A stretch of DNA of 64,000 nucleotides from an uncultured bacterium (GCA_963813815.1 CAWFAD010000016.1:320001-384000); one strand, 5' to 3'; positions 20,442-30,708 are shown, numbered from the stretch's first letter. The notes: a model not told the origin generated them from the sequence alone. Numbers and translations are program-made.

Positions 20442-21686
20442 TCAGGCGAACCGAAAGATCACCGGCAGGAGAAACGCGACGAGGGCGGCCCACACGCCAT
20501 AGACCGGCAGGTAGCTTCCCACGACGCTCCGCATCGCGGCGAATCCGACCCGCCGCCGGAGCAACGCGACGTAGGTCCAGCATATCCAGGCGAGATGCAC
20601 GATGACGACGAGATTGGCTCCGAGCACGGCTACGCGATTCGGAGTGAACCCGAAGGAGGCTATCCTGAAGAGAATCGCCGATAGGGCGATGGCATCGATC
20701 ACGAGAGTCACGACGACGAGCGCGAAGTTGATATAGTCGATGAGCTGCACGCGCGATTCCTCCGGGCGTTCCACGATCGAAAAGACTGAGATGCCGAGCA
20801 CGAGGAGCAGCAGCCCGTTGAATGTGATGAGGAAGTCGCGATCGATGAACGGGTTCTCCCCCCCGGCGAAGGCCACGACGAGATAGATGACCGCCATGAT
20901 CAGAAAGAGGGGCGAAAATATTCGCGCGAGCGCCGCGGCGATGCCGGTGCGTCGATTGAACACGGCGTCGTACAGGTAGGTCCCGGCGATCGGTACGGCG
21001 GCGGCGCCGAAGATCGCGATATTTTCGAAGTACCAATCCTCGGCTTTCTCGACGACCAGATTAAAGAGCGCAATCGTCACGCCGCTGAACGCTATTCCGC
21101 CGAGCGCCACGAGGCTCCCGAGGACCACCAATTCGCCGTTGTAACGCACGAAGCGAACCCGAGAATCCGCCTCGCGCCACGAGCGTCCCATGAACACGAG
21201 GCCCAAAAAAGCCCAGAAGACGATGGGGAGGTGGATGAGAGCCATAACCACGGAGTCGGTCAATTCGGGAAGCAGACGAACATAGGCGATCGCCGCGAGC
21301 GCGAGGCCCAGCCCGGCGACCAAGCTCCAACGGTCGCGACGCTCGATCCAGAAGTAGGTGGCGAGCGCCATGATGGCCAGCGAAGGGGCGAGGCGGGGAT
21401 AGTACCATTCCTGGCCGAGCCAGATAGCCGGGAGCCGGATGAGCGCGCCAAAGACGACGGCAATGGCGATCGCAACCACGAGCTTGCTGCGCCACGCCGT
21501 TCCGCGCCCGGACCCATGGAACTCGAGCCGAGCCCGCCAGACCCGTAGCGTCGCGGAGTCGGGCTTTTCCCGAGAGGCCTCGTCGAGCGACTCGCGAAAC
21601 GCGTCCGGATCCTGTCGATAGAAAGCTTCCAATCCTTGAGGATCATCCAGCAGCTCGAGTATGCGATCAGTTGTCGCTTTCTTCAC
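20442..21686 (-). CDS. Multi-pass membrane protein (DUF4153-like)
   Basis: GTG start with RBS gagagggg; many TM helices; FLITFNGLL, FGFTPNRVAVLGAN. Confidence 0.75.
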   Translation of the reverse strand: MKKATTDRILELLDDPQGLEAFYRQDPDAFRESLDEASREKPDSATLRVWRARLEFHGSGRGTAWRSKLVVAIAIAVVFGALIRLPAIWLGQEWYYPRLAPSLAIMALATYFWIERRDRWSLVAGLGLALAAIAYVRLLPELTDSVVMALIHLPIVFWAFLGLVFMGRSWREADSRVRFVRYNGELVVLGSLVALGGIAFSGVTIALFNLVVEKAEDWYFENIAIFGAAAVPIAGTYLYDAVFNRRTGIAAALARIFSPLFLIMAVIYLVVAFAGGENPFIDRDFLITFNGLLLLVLGISVFSIVERPEESRVQLIDYINFALVVVTLVIDAIALSAILFRIASFGFTPNRVAVLGANLVVIVHLAWICWTYVALLRRRVGFAAMRSVVGSYLPVYGVWAALVAFLLPVIFRFA

Positions 21687-22005
21687 GGTCGAGGCCCCTC
21701 TCGGCTCAGAACGGCTTGATATGATACGCCGTGTTCCACTTTTGGAAGACGGAGAAGTATAGCTCCTTGGCCGGCAGCGAGTAAAGGACGGACCAAGTCG
21801 TGCCCTTTTGGGAAACGTCCCGCAGCATCTCGCGATCGCCGTGCGGCCAACGGGGCGGCGAACAGCATAGGCATTGCGAGAAACGACGCTTTTCTCATCA
21901 AGGCCCTTTCCGCGATGAGTCACCAATCGGGGCGAACTTTCGATAATGGATGATACGAAATAGGCGGTTCTCGAGTTCCAGCAGGAATGACCGCCATGCG
22001 GCGGG

Positions 22006-23799
22006 TCATTCTTCTCGCTGCTCGAGGCACTCCATCGCGATGGCCAGGTTTTCGCGCGCGGGTTCATTGTCGGGATTGAGCTCGAGGGCCTTTTGGAAGC
22101 AAGGCAAGGCTTCGGGGATCTTGCCCTGTCGCGCCAGCGCTGCGCCGAGATCGATGTAGACGGCGACATACCGAGGATTCATTTCCAGAGCCGCGCGCAT
22201 CTCTCGCACCGCCGCATTCATATTGCCGCCGCGCTGCAAGGCGATGGCACGCTGATAGTGCCAGCGCGCGCCGCTCGGTTCGTAGCCGGTGACGTCCATG
22301 CGAGTCATCGCCAAGAGAAGGGCTGCCGCCCCTACCGCGGCGGCGAACCGGACGAACCGGCGTGCTCGGAGCTGCGCCACCAGCCAGACCAGAAAGGCGG
22401 CCGCGAACACGAGCAGAAATGGGATCACGGGCACCCGGTAACGCGATGTGATCGCGAACGGCAGGTGGGAGAGAAACCAGACCAGCACGACGCTCGCGAT
22501 CAGAAGCACGGCATCGCGTCGCTTCTCGATGTCGACGGCTGCGGCCAAGGCGCTCCGACCCGGACGCCGTCCCCCGAGACTCACGACGAAGCCGAGCAGG
22601 CCGAGCGCCAATGCCACGGGAAAGGTCAGCGGCATCCTGCGCAGCACCCGCGAATGGGATCGATCCAGCGCGATGACCCTGTTGTCGGCAACCTCATCGG
22701 GTCCCCAGTAGAGGGCCGTCTTTCGCAGCAACAATCCGGCGATCCGGGCCGGGTCGTTCCGTATCGCCATGAGCGCGCGGCGCGCAAGGAAGTCCGATGC
22801 GTCGGCGTGGGACATGCGCCTCCCCTCGAGCTGTTCCAGGCGCAGCACGATATCCGGCCAGTCGAAGCTCGTGTCGAGGCTGCCGATTCCCGGCAGCGTG
22901 CCGCGCACCTCTCCGTCGGCGCGCTCGCCGTTGCCGATGAGCAGGTTGATTCCGCCGTTCGACGAGATCGGCACGAAATCCCCGCTGACGCGGTAGTTCC
23001 TGATGGCGACGGGGAGGATGAAGAGCCCCACGCCTGCCGCCATGACGGCCGTATCGCGGACCCAGCGCGCGCGTCCCCGTCGTCGCCGGAACCACAAGGC
23101 CGTCACCGCGCTTAAGAGCAGCGCATTCGGCCGCACCAACGACAGCGCGCCGAGCGCGAGCCCCGCCGCTAGCGCCCGTCCGGCGACGGCGCGATCGCGG
23201 TACCGCAGAAGAGCGAGCACCAGCGCGAGGATCAACACGACCGACAGCGACGGCTCGAGGAGCTCGCCCTCGAAATAGATGAAGATCCACTCGACGGCCG
23301 CGAGGGCGGCCGCGACGAGGCCCGTGGACTCGCCGAAGATCCGCCGCCCAAGCAAGTAGATGATCACGACGCCAACCAGGCCCAGCAGAAACTGCGCCAT
23401 GCGCGGAGTCGTGTAGTCGTCGCCGAGGGCGGCGTATACCGCCGCGAGGAAGAATGGATAACCCGGGGGGCGGAAGTACGGCGTCGTCGATATCTGCGGA
23501 TCCGGCTCGAATCGCGGGGGCCTCCACTGGCGCGAGGCCGCGCTGCGAGCCCAGTAGTCGTGGTATCCGGCGTCCACGAGGGGCAGCGCGAAATCAGGGG
23601 CCCGTTTGATTTCCGCGAGGTAGACGAGACGCAGGATGAAACCGAAAGAGAGGATGATGAACAGAATCGATAGGCTACGCAGGGCTGAATGCTTGCTGGC
23701 GGGTCGGGCTCGGATGGTTGCCGAGAGCGCGTCCGTTTCCGCTCTCGCCGGAGGTCCGGTCGCTCTCCGAGCCCGCTTCAGGCTCCGTTTCCGGCCCAT
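22006..23799 (-). CDS. GT-C fold glycosyltransferase (PMT_2/GT39-like) with C-terminal TPRs
   Basis: DAGYHDYWA, YFRPPGYPFFLA, RPNALL, SSNGGINLLIGN, RYRVPVIP; TPR tail. Confidence 0.85.
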   Translation of the reverse strand: MGRKRSLKRARRATGPPARAETDALSATIRARPASKHSALRSLSILFIILSFGFILRLVYLAEIKRAPDFALPLVDAGYHDYWARSAASRQWRPPRFEPDPQISTTPYFRPPGYPFFLAAVYAALGDDYTTPRMAQFLLGLVGVVIIYLLGRRIFGESTGLVAAALAAVEWIFIYFEGELLEPSLSVVLILALVLALLRYRDRAVAGRALAAGLALGALSLVRPNALLLSAVTALWFRRRRGRARWVRDTAVMAAGVGLFILPVAIRNYRVSGDFVPISSNGGINLLIGNGERADGEVRGTLPGIGSLDTSFDWPDIVLRLEQLEGRRMSHADASDFLARRALMAIRNDPARIAGLLLRKTALYWGPDEVADNRVIALDRSHSRVLRRMPLTFPVALALGLLGFVVSLGGRRPGRSALAAAVDIEKRRDAVLLIASVVLVWFLSHLPFAITSRYRVPVIPFLLVFAAAFLVWLVAQLRARRFVRFAAAVGAAALLLAMTRMDVTGYEPSGARWHYQRAIALQRGGNMNAAVREMRAALEMNPRYVAVYIDLGAALARQGKIPEALPCFQKALELNPDNEPARENLAIAMECLEQREE

Positions 23800-24022
23800 A
23801 TGAACTCCTTCCGTTCATCGGAGCCGGATGCGTCGCGAATCGCCGCGGGCATAATTAATTGTATATGATTAATGGCTCTGCGTCAAGAGCTTATGTGGCT
23901 ACGCAGGGGCCCTGCCGACTTCAGGAAATGCTTGAATGCCAACGCAATTGGTGGTATCATATTTGTATTCCCTATATCTAATGCGGCTCGAGAGCATTCG
24001 CCGAGAAGTATGCGTTTGCGGG

Positions 24023-25249
24023 TGACGTGCCCCCGGGCTTTGTACAGCTCTGAGACTCAGACCGCCTGTTCGATTGGCGGGAGCTCTGCTGCCTTCGGTG
24101 CCGGCGGCCGATATCCCAGAGAGCTGTGCGGACGAACCCGATTGTACTCCTTTCTCCATCGTTCCACCAGCACCTTGGCTTCCCACAACGTATAGAAGAT
24201 CTCTCTGTTCAAGAGCTCATCTCTAAGCTTGCCGTTAAACGACTCGTTGTATCCATTCTCCCAGGGACTGCCTGGCTCGATGAACAGCGTCTTGACTCCG
24301 AGCCGCTGCAGCCAGCTCCGCAACACCTTCGCCGTCATCTCAGCCCCATTATCCGATCGTATGCAGTTCGGCGTCCCTCTCTCTATGAACAGTTTCGCCA
24401 AAGTCATCAACACATCATGCGAGCTGAGCCGTCTCTCGACGCGAAGAGCCAAACACTCCCGGCTGTACTCATCGATGATCGTCAGCAACCGCAACGGCCT
24501 GCCGTCATGCGTGCGCTCGTGCACAAAATCATAGGACCAGACATGATCACGGTACTCCGGCCTCAGACGGACGCAGGAGCCGTCATTCAGCCATAACCTC
24601 CCTCGTTTCGGCTGCCGCTTCGGCACCTTCAGCCCTTCCCGCCGCCAGATGCGCTCCACCCGCTTGTGATTCACGCGCCAGCTTTCTCTCCTGAGCATCG
24701 CCGTCACCCGGCGATAGCCGTATCTGCCGTACTCTGTCGCAAGCTCGATGATCCTCTTCACGAGCAATGGCTCATCATCGGCCACCCGCGGCTCGTACCG
24801 CTGCGTCGATCGCGGTTGATTTAACACCCGGCACGCACGGTTCTCCGAGACCCCAAGTTCTCCGCACACGTGCTCGACCGCCCGGCGTCGACGTACCGGG
24901 CTCAGAAATTTCCCCGGTTCGCCTCTTTCAAGATCGCGATATCCAGGGATAGATCAGCCACCAGCTTCTTCAGCCTCGCGTTCTCCTTCTCGAGCTCTTT
25001 CAGATGCCTTGCCTGCTGAATGTCCAGGCCACCATATTCCTTGCGCCATCGAAAGTAGGTGTTCTCGCTCACGTTGAGCTGCCGGCATACTTCCCCTACA
25101 TTCTGGCCCTTGGAGAGAAGAACCTCGGCCTCTCGAAGTTTCGTGATGATCTGTTCCGCAGTAAACCGCTTCCTGGGCATCGAAAAACCCCCTTTTCACT
25201 CGGCCAGAGTATAACTCACAGCCTTGATCCGAACTAGGGGGTCACGTCA
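24023..25249 (-). mobile_element. Complete IS3-family insertion sequence (IS407-like), 1227 bp
   Basis: Imperfect terminal inverted repeats TGACGTG(A)CCCCC.. with TG..CA ends; orfA/orfB arrangement. Confidence 0.92.
24057..25180 (-). CDS. IS3 transposase OrfA (24902-25180) and OrfB, joined by a -1 programmed frameshift
   Basis: Orf[37 protein letters not shown]; OrfB DDE motifs [19 protein letters not shown]; slippery G-GGA-AAT at 24908-24914. Confidence 0.92.
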
Positions 25250-25392
25250 TTCTCGTTTCTGAACCGCCCCCGCTTTGCAGTCGCACAGCGGATCAGGCGA
25301 AGTTATTCTGAGGCCGTGTTCGAGCGCAAGCTTGCCGGATTGCGATTGGGATTGCCCGAAGGAGCCCGAAGAGGAGTATAATTCCGGCGGCT

Positions 25393-26328
25393 ATGAAGTT
25401 CAGGGCAAGAACGCTCGTGGTGTCGATCATGATTGCGGTCGCCGGCTCGGCGGGCGCGCGCGCCAAGTCCTTTATCGCCCCGGTTTCCGAAGATCCCGCG
25501 ACAAGAACGACCATCGTTGGCCGTGTGTACAGGCACACGGTGCGGCCGGGCGAGACGCTGCTCGATATCGCGAGAAAGTACGATATGGGGATAACGGAGC
25601 TGCAGCTGTTCTATCCCACGCTGGATCAGTGGCTGCTCGAGGAGGGGAGCGTCCTGCAGATTCCGGCATTCTGGATTCTCCCCGCGGCGAAGGGGGAAGG
25701 CATCGTCATCAATGTGCCGGAGCTGCGCCTCTACTATTTTATAGCGAAGTATGGGGCGGTCTGGACGTACCCCGTGACAGTCGGAGAAAAGGAGACGCCG
25801 ACGCCGATCGGCACGTTCCAAGTCGCGGAAAGAGCGGTCAACCCGACGTGGAGCATCCCGGAGAGGCTTCAGGGCAAGTACCGGGAAAAGAGCCTGCCGC
25901 CGGGGAAAGACAACCCGATCGGAAAACACTGGCTGGGACTTTCCCGGGAGCGTTACGGAATTCACGGGACGGACAACGCCTGGAGCGTGGGGCGCATCAT
26001 CAGCAACGGGTGCATTCGGCTCTACCCGGAGGACATGGAGATGCTGTTTCCCGAGGCGCCGAGAGGCACGCTCGTCTACATCGTGTACCAGCCGGTGAAG
26101 TTCGGCTTCAGGAAGGGCAGGATTTTCGTCGAAGTCCACGACGACATCTACGGCAGGATCAAGAACCTCGAACGGCACGCGCGGTCTCTCGCGAAGAAAA
26201 TGGGCATCGAGGATTCATTGGACTGGGAGGAGGTTCATATGGCATTACATGAAAAGAGTGGGGTTCCTGTTCCGGTGGGCGCCCTGCCGGAAGGAGGTGG
26301 GGGCGAGCGTTTGTCGCGGCACCGGTAA
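25393..26328 (+). CDS. L,D-transpeptidase (LysM + YkuD; ErfK/YcfS/YnhG type)
   Basis: Signal peptide; LysM HTVRPGETLLDIARKY; IVINVPELRLYY, NPTW, YGIHGT, SNGCIRL. Confidence 0.92.
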   Translation: MKFRARTLVVSIMIAVAGSAGARAKSFIAPVSEDPATRTTIVGRVYRHTVRPGETLLDIARKYDMGITELQLFYPTLDQWLLEEGSVLQIPAFWILPAAKGEGIVINVPELRLYYFIAKYGAVWTYPVTVGEKETPTPIGTFQVAERAVNPTWSIPERLQGKYREKSLPPGKDNPIGKHWLGLSRERYGIHGTDNAWSVGRIISNGCIRLYPEDMEMLFPEAPRGTLVYIVYQPVKFGFRKGRIFVEVHDDIYGRIKNLERHARSLAKKMGIEDSLDWEEVHMALHEKSGVPVPVGALPEGGGGERLSRHR

Positions 26329-26374
26329 ACGAGAGGGACGTCTGGGGTATCTCGATTGAAGGGAGGGACGTGTT

Positions 26375-26707
26375 ATGAAGCCACGCTTCATCGTTATCGT
26401 GGCATTTGTGCTCCTTGCGGCGCTCATGACGAGCTGCGCCACGACGGGAGACCTGAAGGAGCTTCAGGGGGAGATTGACGCAGCCAACTTGAAGGCCGAG
26501 CAGGCGCTGGCGAAAGCCGATCAGGCGACCCGCGACGCCGCGGCGGCCACGATGGCCGTTCAGGGAGCGCAGGCCGAGTGCAGCAAAGCCACGGAAGCGG
26601 CCGCGCAGGCGGCCGAAGCGGCGGCTCGCGCCGAAGCGGCGGCGAAGCTCGCCGAGGACAACGCCAAGAAGGCGGAGGCGATCCTCTTGAAGGGGATGAG
26701 GAAATAG
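26375..26707 (+). CDS. Lpp/OprI-like alanine-zipper lipoprotein ending in Lys
   Basis: Lipobox MTSC; Ala-rich coiled coil; C-terminus KGMRK. Confidence 0.85.
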   Translation: MKPRFIVIVAFVLLAALMTSCATTGDLKELQGEIDAANLKAEQALAKADQATRDAAAATMAVQGAQAECSKATEAAAQAAEAAARAEAAAKLAEDNAKKAEAILLKGMRK

Positions 26708-26747
26708 GGAAACGATCGACGAGTAGGACGCCCCGCGTCATAAGAGG

Positions 26748-26783
26748 AAGAAGCGGCGCCGATTTGGCTCGGCGCCGCTTCTT
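26748..26783. terminator. Bidirectional terminator hairpin
   Basis: aagaagcggcgccga-tttggc-tcggcgccgcttctt, perfect 15-bp stem between convergent genes. Confidence 0.75.
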
Positions 26784-26837
26784 GTTGCCGCGCCCCCTTT
26801 GAGCGCGCTCTCCCGCCCGCGACCTCGGCCGCGCCGG

Positions 26838-27365
26838 CTAGGGTCGTATCTCCACCGGCGTCCACGGAAGGACGAGGTCCCAGATTTCTTCGATCTCGCC
26901 GTTCGTGAGCGCGACGCAGCCGTTGGTCCAATCGAAGAGGTATTGGACATCCCCCATCCACAGCTGTTTCTTGCTCAGGCCGTGGATCATGATGTTGTTG
27001 CCGGGAGCGACGCCGAGAGAGTCGGCCCGCGTCAGGTCGTCGAGATTCGGGTACGTCAGATGGAGGGCCTTGTGATAGACGCTGTTGCCGACCTTGTAAT
27101 CGACGAAATAGAGCCCCTCGGGCGTCTTGTTATCGCCCCGCATCGCCTTTGGACCAATGGGGTCGCGGCCCAGAGCGACTCTGTAGACCGCCACTTCCCG
27201 CTCGCCCTTGAGAAGCGTCATTTTTCGCTTCGATTTCTCGATGACGATGCGATCCACCGCGTCGACGGCCGTGCTCAAAGTGTCGTTGGGCGCCGCGAGC
27301 GCGGCGAAGGAGGAGAGGAGGCCAACCGCATACACGAACAGGACGGCGGCTCTTGTCTGCACCAT
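26838..27365 (-). CDS. YkuD-family protein, YafK/LdtF(DpaA)-like
   Basis: Signal peptide; GPKAMRGDNKTPEGLY, LHLTYPN, IMIHG, WTNGCVAL. Confidence 0.85.
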   Translation of the reverse strand: MVQTRAAVLFVYAVGLLSSFAALAAPNDTLSTAVDAVDRIVIEKSKRKMTLLKGEREVAVYRVALGRDPIGPKAMRGDNKTPEGLYFVDYKVGNSVYHKALHLTYPNLDDLTRADSLGVAPGNNIMIHGLSKKQLWMGDVQYLFDWTNGCVALTNGEIEEIWDLVLPWTPVEIRP

Positions 27366-27478
27366 GTCTCGACCCATATATAGCACCGGTCAAATGTAGT
27401 GGGCTACGCACTCTTCCTTCCGCGAGTGTAGCACCGCCGCGGCTGTATCGAGAGCCAAAAGGCGATGCGCCGCATGAG

Positions 27479-28534
27479 CTATTCGAGATCGCGGCGGCGC
27501 GCAAACTCCGCCGCGAGAGCCCAGTATGGATCGACCACGGGATGTTCCAGGGTCGTTTCTGTCCCCTTGTGCATCACTGTCAGGCCTTCCTCCCTCTGAA
27601 CGACCTCGCCGCAAACCGCGCTCGGTATGCCGCCTGCTTCCAGGGCGGCCGTGAGCTCATCGGCTTCCCGTTCGTCGACAACGGCGATGAGGGTGCCTTC
27701 GCTGATGGAAGAGAACGAATCGAATTTGAAGAGCTCGGCTGTTCTTTTCACCGCAGGTTGGATCGGTATCAGATCCTGATCAATTCTGAGCCCGTACTCG
27801 CCCGCCCTCGCCATCTCGTAGAGCGCGCCCCAAATGCCGCACTCGGTCGCGTCATGCATTACGTGTACCCCGCTGAATGTCCTCGCTATCGCGCAATCAT
27901 CGAGAACGCTCATTTGTTTGAAAACTCCTGCAGCCTCCTTTTGGAAAGCTTCCCCGCCTGCTGCCACGAATTTCTCGGGGAATAGCACGGCGAGCAGCCC
28001 CGTCGTTTCTATCGCCGGCCCTTTCGTTATCACTATCTTATCTCCGATTCGCGCCTTGTAAGGGGCTCTCAGCTCCTTTTCGTCCCCGATTGCGATCGCG
28101 GTCGCTCCACCGACCATGGGATAGTTGCATCCGGTGTAGCGCGCCGTGTGACCCGTCACGACGCTGATTCCGTATTTCATCGCTTCTTCATGCACTGCGT
28201 TCCACAGCTCTTCTAGCTGGGCCTCCGTCGTCTCCGGCGGAAGATTGAGATCGATCGCGAGATATTTCGGCGTAAGCCCCGAAACGGCCACGTCGCAGAC
28301 TATGATATGAAAGCCGAACCAGGCCGCCCTCGAGAAGCCGAACGAGGGAACGATGAAAAATGGATCCGTCGACAGGGCGACGACTCTTCCGCCGATTCTG
28401 AGCACGCCAAAGTCCACGCCATGCCGCGGGCCTATGATGATGCTCTCGTCCCGCACGCCGAGGCGGGGATAGACAACGCGGTCGAAGAATTCAGGATGGA
28501 TCTTGCCGAGCTCGGGAAGTTTTTTGATGTTCAT
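27479..28534 (-). CDS. AIR synthase-related (PurM/HypE/ThiL fold) protein, under TPP riboswitch control
   Basis: GVDFG, STDPF, CDVAVSG, VTGHT, GDKIVITKG, MHDATECG, ISEGTL. Confidence 0.85.
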   Translation of the reverse strand: MNIKKLPELGKIHPEFFDRVVYPRLGVRDESIIIGPRHGVDFGVLRIGGRVVALSTDPFFIVPSFGFSRAAWFGFHIIVCDVAVSGLTPKYLAIDLNLPPETTEAQLEELWNAVHEEAMKYGISVVTGHTARYTGCNYPMVGGATAIAIGDEKELRAPYKARIGDKIVITKGPAIETTGLLAVLFPEKFVAAGGEAFQKEAAGVFKQMSVLDDCAIARTFSGVHVMHDATECGIWGALYEMARAGEYGLRIDQDLIPIQPAVKRTAELFKFDSFSSISEGTLIAVVDEREADELTAALEAGGIPSAVCGEVVQREEGLTVMHKGTETTLEHPVVDPYWALAAEFARRRDLE

Positions 28535-28536
28535 GC

Positions 28537-28643
28537 CCGCTCCCTCCGCAGGTATTAACCTGATCAGGTTCGATGGGTCCCCGGATGTCCTCCAGGTTCT
28601 CAGCCCCGGGTTCGCCGGGCGAATCGAGGGGCTCCCCGAGTAA
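28537..28643 (-). ncRNA. TPP riboswitch
   Basis: Minus strand reads ctcGGGGAGC..GGGCTGAGA..GACCC atcg AACCTGATCAGGTTAATACCTGCGGAGGGAgc and then ATG; canonical THI-box motifs; 3' strand overlaps the SD. Confidence 0.93.
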
Positions 28644-28758
28644 ACTCGCGATGTCGGATGGCAGGATATGCTAGACTGAATCTTTCGTCAAGGGGATGGA
28701 GTCTACGGGGAAGCGTGCCGCGAAATACGTGACCCATCATGAAGGAGATACTGAAAGC

Positions 28759-29661
28759 TTGCCTCGGGAGCAGGTAATCATTGTCGGGGCCGGACCGGCC
28801 GGCACGGCCGCCGCGGCGCAGTGTCAGCGGCTCGGTGTCACCCCGCTTCTTCTCGACCGAACGGGGACCGCCGGCGGTCTTGCGGAGAATGCATACTGCA
28901 TCGAGAACTATCCGGGAATGCCGGAGCCCCTCGGCGGGATTCAATTCGCGGAAAATCTGAGAGCGCATCTCGCACGGTTCGATCTGACGGTCGGCAGGGT
29001 GGAGGCCATGGGGATCATGCGAAAGAGGAATGAGCTCTCGGTGAAACATGCCGGCGGCGAGCTGCTCGCGCGGTCGCTGATCCTGGCGAACGGCAGCGAG
29101 CCGTCCCGGTTGGATCTCGCGGGGGAAAATGAGCTCGACGGCGTAAAACTATTCTATGAAGTCCGCTCTTTGCTTCGCTGCCACGCGAAGCCTCGAGATG
29201 TCGTCGTCGTGGGCGGGGGGGAAGCCGCGTGCGATTATGCGCTTACACTGGCGTCGGCGGGCGCGACAGTGCATCTCGTGGTGCGCTCCGATCGTCTGAA
29301 GGCGCGCGGAGATCTGGCGAGCGCCGTGCAACGGTCGCCGGCCATACGAATTTCCCACGGAACCCGGTGCGAACGGATCGCGGCATCGCCGCTTTTCACC
29401 GTCCGGCTGCGGAACGCGAACACGGGAAGCATGGTGGAGCTGAGCCCCGACGCCCTATTAATCGCCGTCGGAAGACGCAGCGCGGCGCCGAGCCTGCTCG
29501 ACCCGCTCGGCGTTTCGGTGGCCGACTGCGTTGCCGGTTCGATACCGGGATTGTTCGTCGCAGGCGATGCACGCATCGGATCGCTCGGACAAATCGGCAT
29601 GGCGGTCGGCGACGGCATCCGCGCGGCGGCGGCAGCCGTCGACTTTCTGGAGAATTCATGA
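28759..29661 (+). CDS. Thioredoxin reductase-like NAD(P)/FAD oxidoreductase lacking CxxC
   Basis: IVGAGPAG, IENYPG, VVGGGEAACD, GLFVAGD..AVGDG; TTG start after aaggag (alternative ATG at 28696). Confidence 0.85.
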   Translation: MPREQVIIVGAGPAGTAAAAQCQRLGVTPLLLDRTGTAGGLAENAYCIENYPGMPEPLGGIQFAENLRAHLARFDLTVGRVEAMGIMRKRNELSVKHAGGELLARSLILANGSEPSRLDLAGENELDGVKLFYEVRSLLRCHAKPRDVVVVGGGEAACDYALTLASAGATVHLVVRSDRLKARGDLASAVQRSPAIRISHGTRCERIAASPLFTVRLRNANTGSMVELSPDALLIAVGRRSAAPSLLDPLGVSVADCVAGSIPGLFVAGDARIGSLGQIGMAVGDGIRAAAAAVDFLENS

Positions 29662-30581
29662 CGATGCGTATCGTTGATAGCACGGGCACCGATGATCTCT
29701 CTCGCGTGTTCATCGCGGAGCTCGATGACCGTTCGCTCGTGGAATGCGCCGAATCGGTGCAACCTCCCGTCCCGCGTGAGCGCAAGTGGGTTCTCATTGT
29801 CTCCACGCTCAAGGGGTGTCCCGTCTCCTGCCCCATATGCGATGCGGGAGGGAACTACCGGGGGACGCTTACCGCCGATGAAATCCTACAACAAATCGAT
29901 TTTCTCATTCGCAGGCGCTTCCCCTCGGGTGTCGTTTCCATTCCAAAGCTAAAGATCCAGTTCGCTCGCATGGGCGATCCGGCTTTCAACGAAGCTGTGC
30001 TCGACGTTCTGCGGCGGCTCCCTTTGCTGTACGACGCTCCGGGACTGATGCCCTGCATATCGACCATCGCGCCGGCGGGACATGAACGGTTTTTCGAGTC
30101 GCTTATCTCCGCCAAGAACACGCTCTATGCGGACGGGCGATTCCAGATGCAATTTTCCATTCATACCACCTGCGAGGCGGCACGACGGAGGTTGATACCC
30201 GCACGCGTTTGGTCGTTTGCGGAGATTTCCGCCTACGGCTCGCGTTTCTTTTCGCATGGCGATCGAAAAATCACTCTCAACTTCGCGCCGGTCAGGGGCT
30301 TGCCTCTCGATCCCGGTCGGCTCGCCGACTGGTTTTCTCCCGAAATCTTCGCCGTGAAGCTGACGCCGATCAATCCCACCTATGCCGCCGCTCGTTCGGG
30401 CTTCGTCGGACTCATAGATCCGGGCGACGGGCCGGGCTGCGAGCGCGTGGCCGACCGCTTTCGGGTAGCAGGCTTCGAGACGGTCCTGAGCATCGGCGAG
30501 TTGGACGAAAACCGCATCGGTTCGAACTGCGGGATGCGCGCGAGAGCGCTCGAGGGTACGCCGCTCAAGATAGAAAGCTAG
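29658..30581 (+). CDS. RlmN/Cfr-related radical SAM protein
   Basis: CPVSCPIC, FARMGDP, QFSIH, KLTPINP, C-terminal GSNCG; ATGA overlap with the upstream stop. Confidence 0.85.
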   Translation: MTMRIVDSTGTDDLSRVFIAELDDRSLVECAESVQPPVPRERKWVLIVSTLKGCPVSCPICDAGGNYRGTLTADEILQQIDFLIRRRFPSGVVSIPKLKIQFARMGDPAFNEAVLDVLRRLPLLYDAPGLMPCISTIAPAGHERFFESLISAKNTLYADGRFQMQFSIHTTCEAARRRLIPARVWSFAEISAYGSRFFSHGDRKITLNFAPVRGLPLDPGRLADWFSPEIFAVKLTPINPTYAAARSGFVGLIDPGDGPGCERVADRFRVAGFETVLSIGELDENRIGSNCGMRARALEGTPLKIES

Positions 30582-30708
30582 CGGCGGAAAAATTCTACTT
30601 TTTCTTACGATTCCGCTGGAAGGCGCCCCGCACGGATATTATAATCCATCTGTTTGATTGTCGGCCGGCTTCGGGCTCCTGTACAACTGTAGAAACGGAA
30701 GGGAACAC

